DNA of 64,000 nt, taken from the sequence record PP496438.1; one strand, given 5' to 3'. Below are positions 34,235 through 43,725 of this stretch, piece after piece. Below the pieces are notes generated by a model. That model saw only the letters and a program-made list of their open reading frames with translations, did no database searches and was not told the origin of the DNA. Position 1 is the first letter of the stretch. Every line of letters begins with the position of its first letter. The translations under genes were made by a program, and so were the position numbers.

Positions 34235-36188
34235 TAAGCAGGAAGGTTACAGCGCCGACAGCGTTCGGGCATTGACCGGTCTGGAAGTAATCCGCAACAA
34301 CATCTCTATGTACATCGGGTCTACTGACTCTGACGCACTGTTCACTCTGGCTCGCGAACCGTTGGATAACGCGGTGGATGAGGCGCTGGCTGGTCGTAAC
34401 GATGAAGTGTTCTTCCGTGCACACGGCACATGGAAAGGTTCAGCGTTCACGCCGACCGTCATGCTGATCGCAGACAACGGCACCGGCATCCCGATTGAGA
34501 AGCCGAAGGGTGAGACGCGTTCCGCACTGGAGATCGTGACCAGTCACGTGCACGGTGGCGGCAAGTTCAAAGATGCGGGCGCCTACGCTGCATCGATTGG
34601 TACGCACGGGGTGGGTATCAAGGCAACCAACGCCCTGTCCTCCTCGTTCTCCGCGTACACGTTCCGTAATAAGAAGTGGCACGTGATCCACTACAAAGAT
34701 TCCAAGCTGGTTAAGCCTCCAGCGGAAGCCAGCGCAGTAGAGTTGAAATCCCTGTGGGGTGAACTGGGGGAGACCCGGAAGCGCGGCACCGTCATTCGCT
34801 TCTGCCCGGACTACAGCTTCCTCGACAAAGGTTCGGCACTTTCCATCGCTGACCTGACCCACTGGTTCGAGCTGCGCGCCTACTTCAACTCAGGCATCAG
34901 GTTCCGCATGGAGTACGCCCAAGCCAAGAAGGAAGACTTCAAGGCGTTGGAATTCTACCACGATGATGGTCTGAACGACTACATGAAAATGCGCTTGAAA
35001 GAACTCAAGTGCGAGCTGATGACTGACAGTCACTTCTCTATCCACACGCCACATCTGGACGTGATCCTCGCATTCAGTGATACCGACGGCTGCAAGGTGG
35101 ACAGCTACACCAACACCATGTACAACTCTGTTGGCGGCAACCATCAGCGTTCCACGTTCACCCTGATCTCCGACGCGCTGGCCCCGTACGCAGGCAAGCT
35201 AGAATTCCACAAGGACGACATTCGTGAAGGCGTGGTCGGCCTGATCAACTTCAAGATCGATACGCCGAAGTTCGCCAGCCAGACCAAAGAACGCTTGGCT
35301 GACCCCCGCTTTGAGATCCTGTGCACTGAGGAACTGGAAGAGGCGCTCTCCAAGTTCTTCAAGAAGAACAAGGATCTGGCAAAGCAGCTTTGCGAGCGGG
35401 CAGCTCGACTGCGTGACCTAAAGGACAAGTTCAGCCTGACCAAGAAGGCGGCAACTGCCCTCAAGAAGTTGCGTTCAGGCGGATCTCTGCTGCCGGGCAA
35501 GCTGACCGAGGTTAAGGACTGCTCCGTAGAAGAGCGTGAGCTGTTCACGGTGGAAGGTGACTCGGCGGGCGGTACGGCCAAAGGCGCTCGTATGCAGGAA
35601 CCGTACCGCTATCAGGAAACGCTGGCCCTCAAGGGTAAGATCCTGAACGTGATCAAGGAAGTGGAAAAGGGCAAAGGCGACGCCATCTGGGACTCCCACG
35701 AAGTGCAATGCATCTTGACTTCCCTCGGCTACAAGCCCGAAGCCAAAGACCCACTCAAGGAACTGCGCGTGGGAAAGATGATCCTTATGGCCGATGCCGA
35801 CGATGACGGTGCCCACATCGCCATGCTGCAGATCGCGTTGATCGCCAAGTTCCTCCCAGGCATGTTCGACATGGGCATGGTGTATATCGCCGACCTGCCC
35901 AAGCGTATGTGCACGGTCAAGGAGAAGGGCCGGAACAAGATGTACTTCGGCAACACGGTCGATGAGATCAAAGCCCAGATCCCACACGTCAAGGAACCGC
36001 CGATTGTTTATCTGAAAGGGCTGGGTGAGATGAACGCTGACGCATTGCGTTACACCGCCTTCGATCCGACCACCCGCAAGTTGATCAAGATCATGCCGCC
36101 GTCCGCCGCTGACTTGCTGGACATCGACCGGCTTATGGGTGTGTCCACGGCTGAGCGTAAGCGCTTGCTGGGCATCGAGACCGAGTAA
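34215..36188 (+). CDS. gyrB: Type IIA DNA topoisomerase, ATPase/TOPRIM (GyrB/ParE-type) subunit
   Basis: MYIGST, EPLDNAVDE, DNGTGIP, HGGGKF, GTHGVG, EGDSAGG, LKGKILNV, DADDDGAHI, YLKGLGEMN. Confidence 0.95.
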   Translation: MMAKVNSKQEGYSADSVRALTGLEVIRNNISMYIGSTDSDALFTLAREPLDNAVDEALAGRNDEVFFRAHGTWKGSAFTPTVMLIADNGTGIPIEKPKGETRSALEIVTSHVHGGGKFKDAGAYAASIGTHGVGIKATNALSSSFSAYTFRNKKWHVIHYKDSKLVKPPAEASAVELKSLWGELGETRKRGTVIRFCPDYSFLDKGSALSIADLTHWFELRAYFNSGIRFRMEYAQAKKEDFKALEFYHDDGLNDYMKMRLKELKCELMTDSHFSIHTPHLDVILAFSDTDGCKVDSYTNTMYNSVGGNHQRSTFTLISDALAPYAGKLEFHKDDIREGVVGLINFKIDTPKFASQTKERLADPRFEILCTEELEEALSKFFKKNKDLAKQLCERAARLRDLKDKFSLTKKAATALKKLRSGGSLLPGKLTEVKDCSVEERELFTVEGDSAGGTAKGARMQEPYRYQETLALKGKILNVIKEVEKGKGDAIWDSHEVQCILTSLGYKPEAKDPLKELRVGKMILMADADDDGAHIAMLQIALIAKFLPGMFDMGMVYIADLPKRMCTVKEKGRNKMYFGNTVDEIKAQIPHVKEPPIVYLKGLGEMNADALRYTAFDPTTRKLIKIMPPSAADLLDIDRLMGVSTAERKRLLGIETE

Positions 36189-36247
36189 TCCACCCCATTG
36201 CATACCCCGATCCGTTGCGCACCGCCTGGAGCGTTATACGCGGTCGG

Positions 36248-36253
36248 GTAAAT
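36248..36253 (+). promoter_or_regulatory. GTAAAT element
   Basis: Intergenic, 26 nt upstream of 36274. Confidence 0.5.
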
Positions 36254-36273
36254 GCTGGGTAGTGAGGTGATTC

Positions 36274-36489
36274 ATGCGCAACACAACGATGAAGGCGGTC
36301 AAGTGCACGACATGCCGAGGTCAGGGATTCACTGTGGATACGTCTAGGTCCAAAGGATCGATGGACGAACAGATAGACCGATGCTATATGTGCAAAGGAA
36401 CGCAGACAGTAATCGTCAAGATAGCTGATCCTTCCCCGGAAGACCAAGCTGATCCGTACGCTGCCCTATACGAACAGGATAAGAAGTAA
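36274..36489 (+). CDS. Small DnaJ-type cysteine-rich zinc-finger protein
   Basis: CTTCRGQG and CYMCKGTQ (CxxCxGxG repeats); RBS GAGG. Confidence 0.6.
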   Translation: MRNTTMKAVKCTTCRGQGFTVDTSRSKGSMDEQIDRCYMCKGTQTVIVKIADPSPEDQADPYAALYEQDKK

Positions 36490-37997
36490 TGGCGAAGCCA
36501 ACGAGCAAGACCCGAGCTGCCAAAGTTAAAGCGGGAATCGCAGCAGACGTAAACATCCGGGAAGTTCCCATCCTGGAATGGTCTATCGAGGCGTACATCG
36601 ATACATACGCTAAGATGACTCTGGAAGACCGGGCCATCCCCGACGTGATCGACGGACTGATGCCTTCTGAGCGCCGTACTATCTGGGCAGCTCACGTCCT
36701 GAATGCCCACCACGAAGGCAAGTTCTACAAAGCCGCCCGTATCGTCGGTGACGTGATCGGCAAGTTCCACCCTCATGGTGACACGTCGGCGTATGGTACG
36801 CTGGTTAAGAGCGTGATGCATCTGTGCCACCCATATTTCCTCGGGCAAGGTAACTGGGGTACGGTCGAGGAGCCCAAGAAGTTCGCGGCCATGCGGTACA
36901 CTGAGACGAAGCTGTCCAAATACAGCGGACTGGTCTTGCTGGACAAGGACTACTTGGCCGTGACCGAGATGGTGCCCACGTACGACGGATCGTTGCGAGA
37001 GCCCTTCGTGCTTCCGGCGCTGCTCCCCAACCTGCTGATCAACGGCACGTATGGAGTGGCGACCGGCGCGACCACGTATTGCCCGTCGTTCAAGATCGAA
37101 GGGGTTATTGCGCTGGTACAGAAGGCCCTGAAAGGTTCGAAGCTCCGTGCACGTGACTGCCATAACCTGCTGGAGTTCAACACCCCGTACGGCGGCTATG
37201 CTGTCGTAGACGAGGACGATGAAGAAGAGGTGGCGGAACTCACCAGCATCTTCGAGACGGGGGTGGGTCGAGTCTACTATGCCTGCGACTACGAGCTACT
37301 GGAAGACAAGCATGCGGCATTAGTGACGGGGTTTGTACCTTATCAGTCGGTGACCGCAGCTGTACTCAAGATCGGTGAAGACGAGCGCGTCGCCGAAGTA
37401 AAAGACGTGTCGGGTATCAATGACGCAGGTGATGTTGAAATCGCCTACCAGATCACGTTCAAGCGCAGCGTCAGCAAGATGATGTTGCAGGAAGTGGCCG
37501 ACGAAGTACTGTCTGCGTTCGACCGGGTTCAGAACTTCAAGATGAACGTCAACCAGCGCCGCTGGAACGAGATGGACGGTAAAGCTAACTCGACGTTTGG
37601 TAGCACCGGCGTGCTCGGCGTAGTCGAGACGTGGGTGGCATGGCGGCTGGCGCTGGAACAACGGTACCTGGAGTACAAGAACTCGAAGCTGGAGCAACGC
37701 AACTGGGCCATCAATACCCTGCTGCTTGCGGCCAACGCGCTGGATGTCATCATGGCAGGCTTGAAGCGGGATGACACTGAGTCCTACATAAAGTCCAAGC
37801 TCAAGATCACTGATGAGCAGGTCGAGTATATCCTTGACCGTCAAGTGCGGTCCCTGAAGAAGCTGAATCAGGATCGGCTCAAGTCTGAGCTGAAAGAAAA
37901 CCTGGCGACCATCAAACACCACAAGGAAATGATCAAGACTCCAGAGGTTCCTGTGGCGGCACAACTAAAAGACTTCGCCAAGACACTGGCTGAGTAA
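36489..37997 (+). CDS. gyrA: Type IIA DNA topoisomerase, breakage-reunion (GyrA/ParC-type) subunit lacking C-terminal pinwheel
   Basis: RAIPDVIDGL, KAARIVGDVIGKFHPHGD, QGNWG, AAMRYTE (catalytic Tyr), LPNLLINGTYGVATG; only 502 aa. Confidence 0.95.
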   Translation: MAKPTSKTRAAKVKAGIAADVNIREVPILEWSIEAYIDTYAKMTLEDRAIPDVIDGLMPSERRTIWAAHVLNAHHEGKFYKAARIVGDVIGKFHPHGDTSAYGTLVKSVMHLCHPYFLGQGNWGTVEEPKKFAAMRYTETKLSKYSGLVLLDKDYLAVTEMVPTYDGSLREPFVLPALLPNLLINGTYGVATGATTYCPSFKIEGVIALVQKALKGSKLRARDCHNLLEFNTPYGGYAVVDEDDEEEVAELTSIFETGVGRVYYACDYELLEDKHAALVTGFVPYQSVTAAVLKIGEDERVAEVKDVSGINDAGDVEIAYQITFKRSVSKMMLQEVADEVLSAFDRVQNFKMNVNQRRWNEMDGKANSTFGSTGVLGVVETWVAWRLALEQRYLEYKNSKLEQRNWAINTLLLAANALDVIMAGLKRDDTESYIKSKLKITDEQVEYILDRQVRSLKKLNQDRLKSELKENLATIKHHKEMIKTPEVPVAAQLKDFAKTLAE

Positions 37998-38024
37998 CCC
38001 AATCCGAAACATGAGGCACATCCC

Positions 38025-38717
38025 ATGGCGAGCACGCTGGGCATTAAAGAAGCACAAGACATACTGGGGCTGGAACCGGGCGCTGACCTTGCCGATGTCA
38101 AAAAGGCCGTACGCAAGCTGTGCCAGAAGTTCCACCCGGACAAGGAAGGCGGTGACCCTGAGATGTTCCGGCGTGTGCGGGAAGCCGGGGAAATGCTGGA
38201 GGAAATTCTGGCGGATCACGACATCATCCCGAACGAGGAATATCTGGACGCGCTCAACTACGTCATCACCATGCTCGGCCAGAAGTACGTGGAGGCTGAG
38301 ATGAACGGGATGAACGCCCGACGCCGGGTCGCGATCAAGATGACCAACGACGTTTTCAGCTTCCACAATCTGCAGCAAGCGGCATTCGCAGCGGCAGCAC
38401 CGCCTAGCGCAGAGTCCTACGTGCTGAACGAACTTGAACAGGAGATCAACGTCAACATCGATGAGTTCAAGTCATCTATCGACCGTCACTCCGTTCAAGG
38501 TAAAGGGCTGCGCATGTTGATGCAGAACATGAAGGCGCCGAAGATGGCCTACTCCGTGTGGCAAGACGCTCGGGATTCCTTGGCGCAGGCTATTCGCCAG
38601 CAACGCAACAACATCCGCATGGCTAAGATACGGATGCAAGCACTGGAAGAGTTCGAAGCCATCCAGCACAAGCGCAAGCAGGAAGCCATTCGTCTGGCCC
38701 ATGGGGTGCGCTCATGA
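38025..38717 (+). CDS. J-domain protein
   Basis: ILGLEPGA..VKKAVRKLCQKFHPDKEGG (HPD motif), helical C-terminus. Confidence 0.85.
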   Translation: MASTLGIKEAQDILGLEPGADLADVKKAVRKLCQKFHPDKEGGDPEMFRRVREAGEMLEEILADHDIIPNEEYLDALNYVITMLGQKYVEAEMNGMNARRRVAIKMTNDVFSFHNLQQAAFAAAAPPSAESYVLNELEQEINVNIDEFKSSIDRHSVQGKGLRMLMQNMKAPKMAYSVWQDARDSLAQAIRQQRNNIRMAKIRMQALEEFEAIQHKRKQEAIRLAHGVRS

Positions 38718-39325
38718 TCTCGGAGCAAATGTTGCACTGGTTGAAGACCGCAGCTCCGTGGAAGCCCGTGCTGATCGTGGATATCGACGGTGTGATCTTG
38801 AACAACGAACATCGCCTGCATCACATCGTGCACACGGTGGACGGCGTTCAGGTGAACCGTACGGATGCGGACTGGGAGGCCTTCCATGCCAAAGGGTCCA
38901 TGGATACGCCGGGCGCGGCAGCAGCGTTCATTGAGGCAGCTTACAACACGTTCACTCCGATCTTCGTTACGGCCCGTGTCGCCTTTGGTGAGCAGCGCAA
39001 GCACGTGCACGATATGCTGGTTAAGACGTTGCCCAAGATCAAGGACATCAACTGGCGTACAGGTTGCCCGTCCAAGGATGAGATATTTCCATTGTTCATG
39101 CGCGCGCCCAACGAGAACTGGGACACACAGAAGGTGGGCGGTGGGGACGCCATCGTGCACCACTCTGATTACAAGCGGGTGGCGATCCAGTGGCTTCGGG
39201 CTCAAGGGATCAAACCCATGGCCGGTCTGGATGACTCCCTGACCATTTGCAAGATGTTTGCGGAGGAAGGCCTCCTGAGCTTGCGAGTGCACAATCACGT
39301 AGCAGATGCGGCGCTGATGCGCTGA
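38714..39325 (+). CDS. HAD-superfamily phosphatase (polynucleotide 3'-phosphatase/nucleotidase-like)
   Basis: IVDIDGVI (motif I), FVTAR (II), DYKR (III), GLDDS (IV). Confidence 0.8.
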   Translation: MISEQMLHWLKTAAPWKPVLIVDIDGVILNNEHRLHHIVHTVDGVQVNRTDADWEAFHAKGSMDTPGAAAAFIEAAYNTFTPIFVTARVAFGEQRKHVHDMLVKTLPKIKDINWRTGCPSKDEIFPLFMRAPNENWDTQKVGGGDAIVHHSDYKRVAIQWLRAQGIKPMAGLDDSLTICKMFAEEGLLSLRVHNHVADAALMR

Positions 39326-39335
39326 GGATAAGAAC

Positions 39336-39716
39336 ATGAAGACTGAACAAGAAATGCAGCGCGCCAAGGTTTCCCAATCGATGGCCGCGCTTCTTAACGA
39401 TGCCGTCGGTGGATCGATAGGACCTTCGTTGCGTGACCTGGGCAATGCGGTCATGGGTAAACCTGAAGCAGCTCACGAAGGTGGTATGTCCGCCACCATG
39501 CGACAGGAGAAAGAGTCGCTGGAAAAGTTCGGTGATAACTACCTCACCATGATGAGCAGACCTAAACACAAGCGCAAGGTGGTGAACCGAGCGATCAAGC
39601 GGGTCAATGCCATCGTCTCCAAACACGGCGTGTGCCCAAAGGTTCTGGCGCCGGTCCGCTTCGTGTCGTCCAAGAAGGACGTGTTCAAACTGGCTAAGAT
39701 CAAATCGATCTGCTAA
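39336..39716 (+). CDS. Hypothetical protein (126 aa)
   Basis: Co-oriented, RBS GAGG. Confidence 0.6.
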   Translation: MKTEQEMQRAKVSQSMAALLNDAVGGSIGPSLRDLGNAVMGKPEAAHEGGMSATMRQEKESLEKFGDNYLTMMSRPKHKRKVVNRAIKRVNAIVSKHGVCPKVLAPVRFVSSKKDVFKLAKIKSIC

Positions 39717-39730
39717 TCGAGGGCAAGACC

Positions 39731-39871
39731 ATGAATGACTATCCCGTGTATCCGTACCACTCTGCACAGGCAAAAGATTTTCGTAAGAACTTCGCAGAGG
39801 CACGTGCCGCTGGACTCCCTGAGTTCACGTGGGAAGGTCGACGTTACACCACCAAACGAGCAGACGATTAA
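39731..39871 (+). CDS. Small protein (46 aa; not in ORF track)
   Basis: MNDYPVYPYHSAQAKDFRKNFAEARAAGLPEFTWEGRRYTTKRADD; RBS GAGGG. Confidence 0.6.
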   Translation: MNDYPVYPYHSAQAKDFRKNFAEARAAGLPEFTWEGRRYTTKRADD

Positions 39872-40007
39872 ACCAATGCCCGGCCTAACCGTCGGGCATT
39901 GTCGCCTGTTGACATCCCGCTTCGACGTGTGGCATACTGGCACCATGGGGCTACCATGGCCCCGGAAATGCTGGACCGACCAGCCACTGTCCTAAGAGGA
40001 ATGCACC

Positions 40008-40430
40008 ATGTCCAAGCCCGTACCGACCCTGTTCATGAAGGCCCCGTTCGAACTCGTCTGGGGTAAACCGGAGGATGGCAACGAACTGCCGGGATCTCCG
40101 TTTGACGGCATCAACGTCAAAGGCAATGACTACGCTGCCAGCGCACAAGATCTGATGCTGCTGCACACGATGGTCGATGACTGGGCCTTCGTTCGCTTCA
40201 CCGTGTTCGGCTTCGAGTTGACTCTGGATCAGATGCTGATGCTTTGCTGGTGGGAAGACAAGTGCCCGGCACACTGGTCAATGGCAGAGCATGTGGACAA
40301 TCCCCAGGTTAATACTGCCAGTCATAATGAGGCAACTCTCGCCCAGCGCTGTGCCCAGATTCTTTCAGTGGCATTGGGTAGCGCGGGAAATTGCATTCTT
40401 GATATCGAGTCAAATCCCAGCAAGGTCTAA
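40008..40430 (+). CDS. Hypothetical protein (140 aa)
   Basis: RBS GAGG. Confidence 0.6.
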   Translation: MSKPVPTLFMKAPFELVWGKPEDGNELPGSPFDGINVKGNDYAASAQDLMLLHTMVDDWAFVRFTVFGFELTLDQMLMLCWWEDKCPAHWSMAEHVDNPQVNTASHNEATLAQRCAQILSVALGSAGNCILDIESNPSKV

Positions 40431-40486
40431 TTCACACACGGACCTTTCGGGGTCCGTTCACTTTCTGTCCCAAAGAGGAATGTAAC

Positions 40487-40840
40487 ATGAGCCGTGCACC
40501 CGTCCGCAACCAGGTCTACACCTATGGCGAAATCATCGACGATCTGTTCCTGCGTGACACCCCGTGTCTGATGGTGTACGTCGGTGATGGGGGTAGCCCG
40601 ATCAAGAGCTACTATCCCGTCAACTCTGATCTCACTTACGAGGAACTGCGTAAGCTGCCGGGCTGGGAAGACAGCCGCTGGACGTTCGTTCGTGAGACCA
40701 GTGAATGGATTCCAGTCTTCCACTGGGACAATGATCAAGGTAGCCCGACGCAACTGGTGCAGGTGAACCGTAGTGAGTACTACGATCTGGAGCACACGTC
40801 CATGGATCGTCTTATCGTAACACCGAAAGAGGTAGTCTGA
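40487..40840 (+). CDS. Hypothetical protein (117 aa)
   Basis: RBS GAGG. Confidence 0.65.
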   Translation: MSRAPVRNQVYTYGEIIDDLFLRDTPCLMVYVGDGGSPIKSYYPVNSDLTYEELRKLPGWEDSRWTFVRETSEWIPVFHWDNDQGSPTQLVQVNRSEYYDLEHTSMDRLIVTPKEVV

Positions 40841-40841
40841 A

Positions 40842-41306
40842 ATGATCCAGATGGCACGTGACATTGACTTTTCCCTTCCGCACTCCAGCTCCAACTCGGT
40901 CAATTTTATCTTGCGTGTGGGCAAGATAAAGAACGGTGAGCGTGTGGATTCCTTCGCGTCAGACGAGTTGAAGCTTACACTCGAATCCACCAATCTAGAA
41001 GGGGTGCTTATCAGCCTGTTGGCTAAAGCGTCCAACTTAGAGCTACCTACCGTTGCGTGGGCCGGACTTGAGTATCTTATCGAGCGTGTCCAGCGGCAGT
41101 ACGATTATGCTGTTATCGAGAACAGCTTCTACCGAACCATTCAAGGCTCTGATAGTAAGGGTACGGGTATTCGCCGTAATAAGCAGGTGACCGGCAACCG
41201 GGAGTACACGTTGAAAGAGTGGGCAGCGTGCTTCCTCCGGGGCCAAGGTGCCTACCCTGAGTACGAGCGTGAGTTCTTGTCGAGCCCTTGCCCACCCCAA
41301 TTCTGA
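40842..41306 (+). CDS. Hypothetical protein (154 aa)
   Basis: Abuts upstream stop. Confidence 0.6.
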   Translation: MIQMARDIDFSLPHSSSNSVNFILRVGKIKNGERVDSFASDELKLTLESTNLEGVLISLLAKASNLELPTVAWAGLEYLIERVQRQYDYAVIENSFYRTIQGSDSKGTGIRRNKQVTGNREYTLKEWAACFLRGQGAYPEYEREFLSSPCPPQF

Positions 41307-41315
41307 GTAACCGAT

Positions 41316-41810
41316 ATGAAGATCCAACGGATTGAAAAGACCACGATAACTGATCTGATGCTTCGGGCATTGAGTCAGGGCTTCTTAGTCAACGCGTACC
41401 ACGACAATAAGAAAAGACCAGTGGTCATGGTGGTGCGTATCCATGAAGACAAGGTGAAGCTGGTCAGCCATACGACCGGTAAGAAGTACGTCCACATGCT
41501 GGCTCAATCTCTTGCCGATGCCCACGCATTGTTCCCCGGAGTTCGTGCCGTAGACGAACCAGTGGCAAAGAAAGACCTTACTCCCTTGCTAGTGCAGGCA
41601 ATGGAACGCGGGTTCCGTATCCATGGAAGCGGGCCAAGAGAGAAGGGAGAGACTACTCACTCGGTGATGATCTCAAAGGACACCGACACTGAAATACTGG
41701 TGCTGGGCGCAGCCACCGAAGAAGATCACTGTGATGCACTGGAGAAGGTGTTGAAACTGGCGCTGGAGCGCTTCGGCCAGGTAGTCCCGATCACCAAAAA
41801 TAAAGTTTGA
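41316..41810 (+). CDS. Hypothetical protein with an internal duplicated module
   Basis: ITDLMLRALSQGFLV resembles LTPLLVQAMERGFRI. Confidence 0.6.
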   Translation: MKIQRIEKTTITDLMLRALSQGFLVNAYHDNKKRPVVMVVRIHEDKVKLVSHTTGKKYVHMLAQSLADAHALFPGVRAVDEPVAKKDLTPLLVQAMERGFRIHGSGPREKGETTHSVMISKDTDTEILVLGAATEEDHCDALEKVLKLALERFGQVVPITKNKV

Positions 41811-41835
41811 CAGCCAAAACTGGCTCTGATACAAT
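41807..41835 (+). promoter_or_regulatory. sigma70-type promoter
   Basis: TTGACA (41807-41812), 17 nt, extended TG, TACAAT (41830-41835). Confidence 0.75.
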
Positions 41836-41886
41836 GTATGTGCCGCGCCGTAAAGCGGCACACTACCCGAAGTGAAAGGAACCGAG

Positions 41887-42789
41887 ATGACCAAAACATT
41901 AGCGCTGGCTCCTATGGAGAAAGCAAACCTGATACAGGACGCTGAGTTCGCCGCGACCGCCATCAAAGAGTTGCTCACCCTGCTGATCGAGACCACTACC
42001 GAGTTGAAGAAAGAGCACGAAGACCCAATGTCTGCGGCCAAAGCTCGGTGTGATGAGTTGAATAAGACGGTGACCAAGATTGTGTCGTCGCACAACGCCA
42101 AGAACCCTGAATTCATGTTGGCTATCGAGTCTGTGACCCGAGTGATCAACCATACCGTCTCAATCATGGACTTGACCAAACGTCGAGGATTGAGAGTCGG
42201 TAAACCCTATCTCCTAAGCTACAAGAAAGAGCTGGCTGACAAGCTGGTTCAACTCGTAGACTTTCATCAGTTCTCAAAAGGACTGCCTGTAAAAGGGACG
42301 AAAGACGCCTTGTCTGATACCGTGGTAGCACTCGCCGCCGATGCCGACAGCATCGATGCAAAGGTGAAAGCTAGCTCGGACAACTCCAAGAACCCTGTGT
42401 TCATGATGGAGATGAATATCGTCCCGCCGTTCAACTACTTCTACGTACAACCCCGCAAGTTCCTGCTCCACAAGCTCGCCTTCGACCGCATCGGCAAAGG
42501 TGACAACAGCGACTTCATCGTGCTGAAGAAGCAAAAGGTTCTGGTGGTGGACAACGTTGCCGCCGAGAACTACAAGATGGAACCGCTGGAGCTGGCCGCT
42601 ACGCTGATCGAAGCCATCAATCTGAAACGCCCCGCTGGCACATCAGAGCTGGCGATGGTGATGGAAGAGCATGCGTCACTCAAAGGCAGTTCAGGCTACA
42701 CGTTCTACTGGGTGGTTCCTCTGCCCACGCTTCACGTGCTGCAACCCATAATCGGCCAAGGTACCCTCGCTTGGGGCTTGGCAGTCTAA
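41887..42789 (+). CDS. Hypothetical protein (300 aa)
   Basis: Start moved to 41887 (RBS AAGGA). Confidence 0.75.
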   Translation: MTKTLALAPMEKANLIQDAEFAATAIKELLTLLIETTTELKKEHEDPMSAAKARCDELNKTVTKIVSSHNAKNPEFMLAIESVTRVINHTVSIMDLTKRRGLRVGKPYLLSYKKELADKLVQLVDFHQFSKGLPVKGTKDALSDTVVALAADADSIDAKVKASSDNSKNPVFMMEMNIVPPFNYFYVQPRKFLLHKLAFDRIGKGDNSDFIVLKKQKVLVVDNVAAENYKMEPLELAATLIEAINLKRPAGTSELAMVMEEHASLKGSSGYTFYWVVPLPTLHVLQPIIGQGTLAWGLAV

Positions 42790-42819
42790 TCCGTTCACCC
42801 ACCATAAAGAGTAATTGAA

Positions 42820-43245
42820 ATGGCAAAAGGTAAAACCCCGCTGTATCTGAGCTACATTGACACCATCAATGGTCTGCTCAACTCCATCAAGTTCTCCGCT
42901 GAACTGCCGGTGCACAAGAAGTCCATCGACCGCTCGGGCCGTAACGTCGAGTGGTTGCGCAAGGGGATCAAGCGTGGTAAGCTGACCATTCCCGGCGTCG
43001 ATATCGGCAACGAGTTCTGGAAGCTGGCCCAATTGCTGGAGGTGGAAGCACCAAGCGTTGAATTGTCTAGTAAGGTAGAGATGATTAATGTCAAGCCCGG
43101 CGAGACGGTTACCCTGAACGTTCAAGGTAGTACTCCTGCGCATAAGCGTCAGATCAGCAAGAACCGTCACTTCGCCGAGAACTACGGCACCAACGCAGAC
43201 GTGACGGCCAGCACCAAGACGCTCGACAAGTATGAAACCCGCTAA
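42820..43245 (+). CDS. Hypothetical basic protein (141 aa)
   Basis: Co-oriented, phage codon usage. Confidence 0.65.
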   Translation: MAKGKTPLYLSYIDTINGLLNSIKFSAELPVHKKSIDRSGRNVEWLRKGIKRGKLTIPGVDIGNEFWKLAQLLEVEAPSVELSSKVEMINVKPGETVTLNVQGSTPAHKRQISKNRHFAENYGTNADVTASTKTLDKYETR

Positions 43246-43723
43246 TCTCAAAGCTCTCGGGATCGACACCAAACCCGGAGCGATGAACATTCCAGATGGA
43301 AGGTGCTGGGTGTGCCCGGCGGTAGCGGGGCTGGAAGACCATCACATCATCCCGCGACACTGTGGGGGTGAAGGTGGGCCACAAGTCAGACTGTGCGGCG
43401 TGTGCCATACGTCGATCCACAATCTGGCCAACAACAAGAAAGTGCTGGCGCAAGAGATTGAACCGCTGGAGATCCATGAGTACAACAAGGCTTGGTCCGA
43501 CGCACTGATGCTGCGCAAAGGTCATGCACTGGCGTATGTCATCGCGAAGTCCAACAAGGTGACGAAGGGGGACGCCAACAGGAAGGTTAAGTTCGCCACC
43601 ACGTTTGACGGACTCACCAGCAGGCAGTTGAAGCAACTCAAGAAGAGCATGGGCTGCACAAGCCTTGACCAAACAATAGTGACGTTGATAAAACAGGCCC
43701 ACGGGCGACTGTTTAGGGGATAG
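43232..43723 (+). CDS. HNH endonuclease-family protein
   Basis: CWVC..LEDHHIIPRHCGG....VRLCGVCHTSIH. Confidence 0.8.
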   Translation: MKPANLKALGIDTKPGAMNIPDGRCWVCPAVAGLEDHHIIPRHCGGEGGPQVRLCGVCHTSIHNLANNKKVLAQEIEPLEIHEYNKAWSDALMLRKGHALAYVIAKSNKVTKGDANRKVKFATTFDGLTSRQLKQLKKSMGCTSLDQTIVTLIKQAHGRLFRG

Positions 43724-43725
43724 AG

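Noticed and set aside
43232-43723. HNH gene as a mobile homing element
   Set aside because: Short, not interrupting a conserved gene, overlaps its neighbours and has a C-terminal extension; treated as a resident gene
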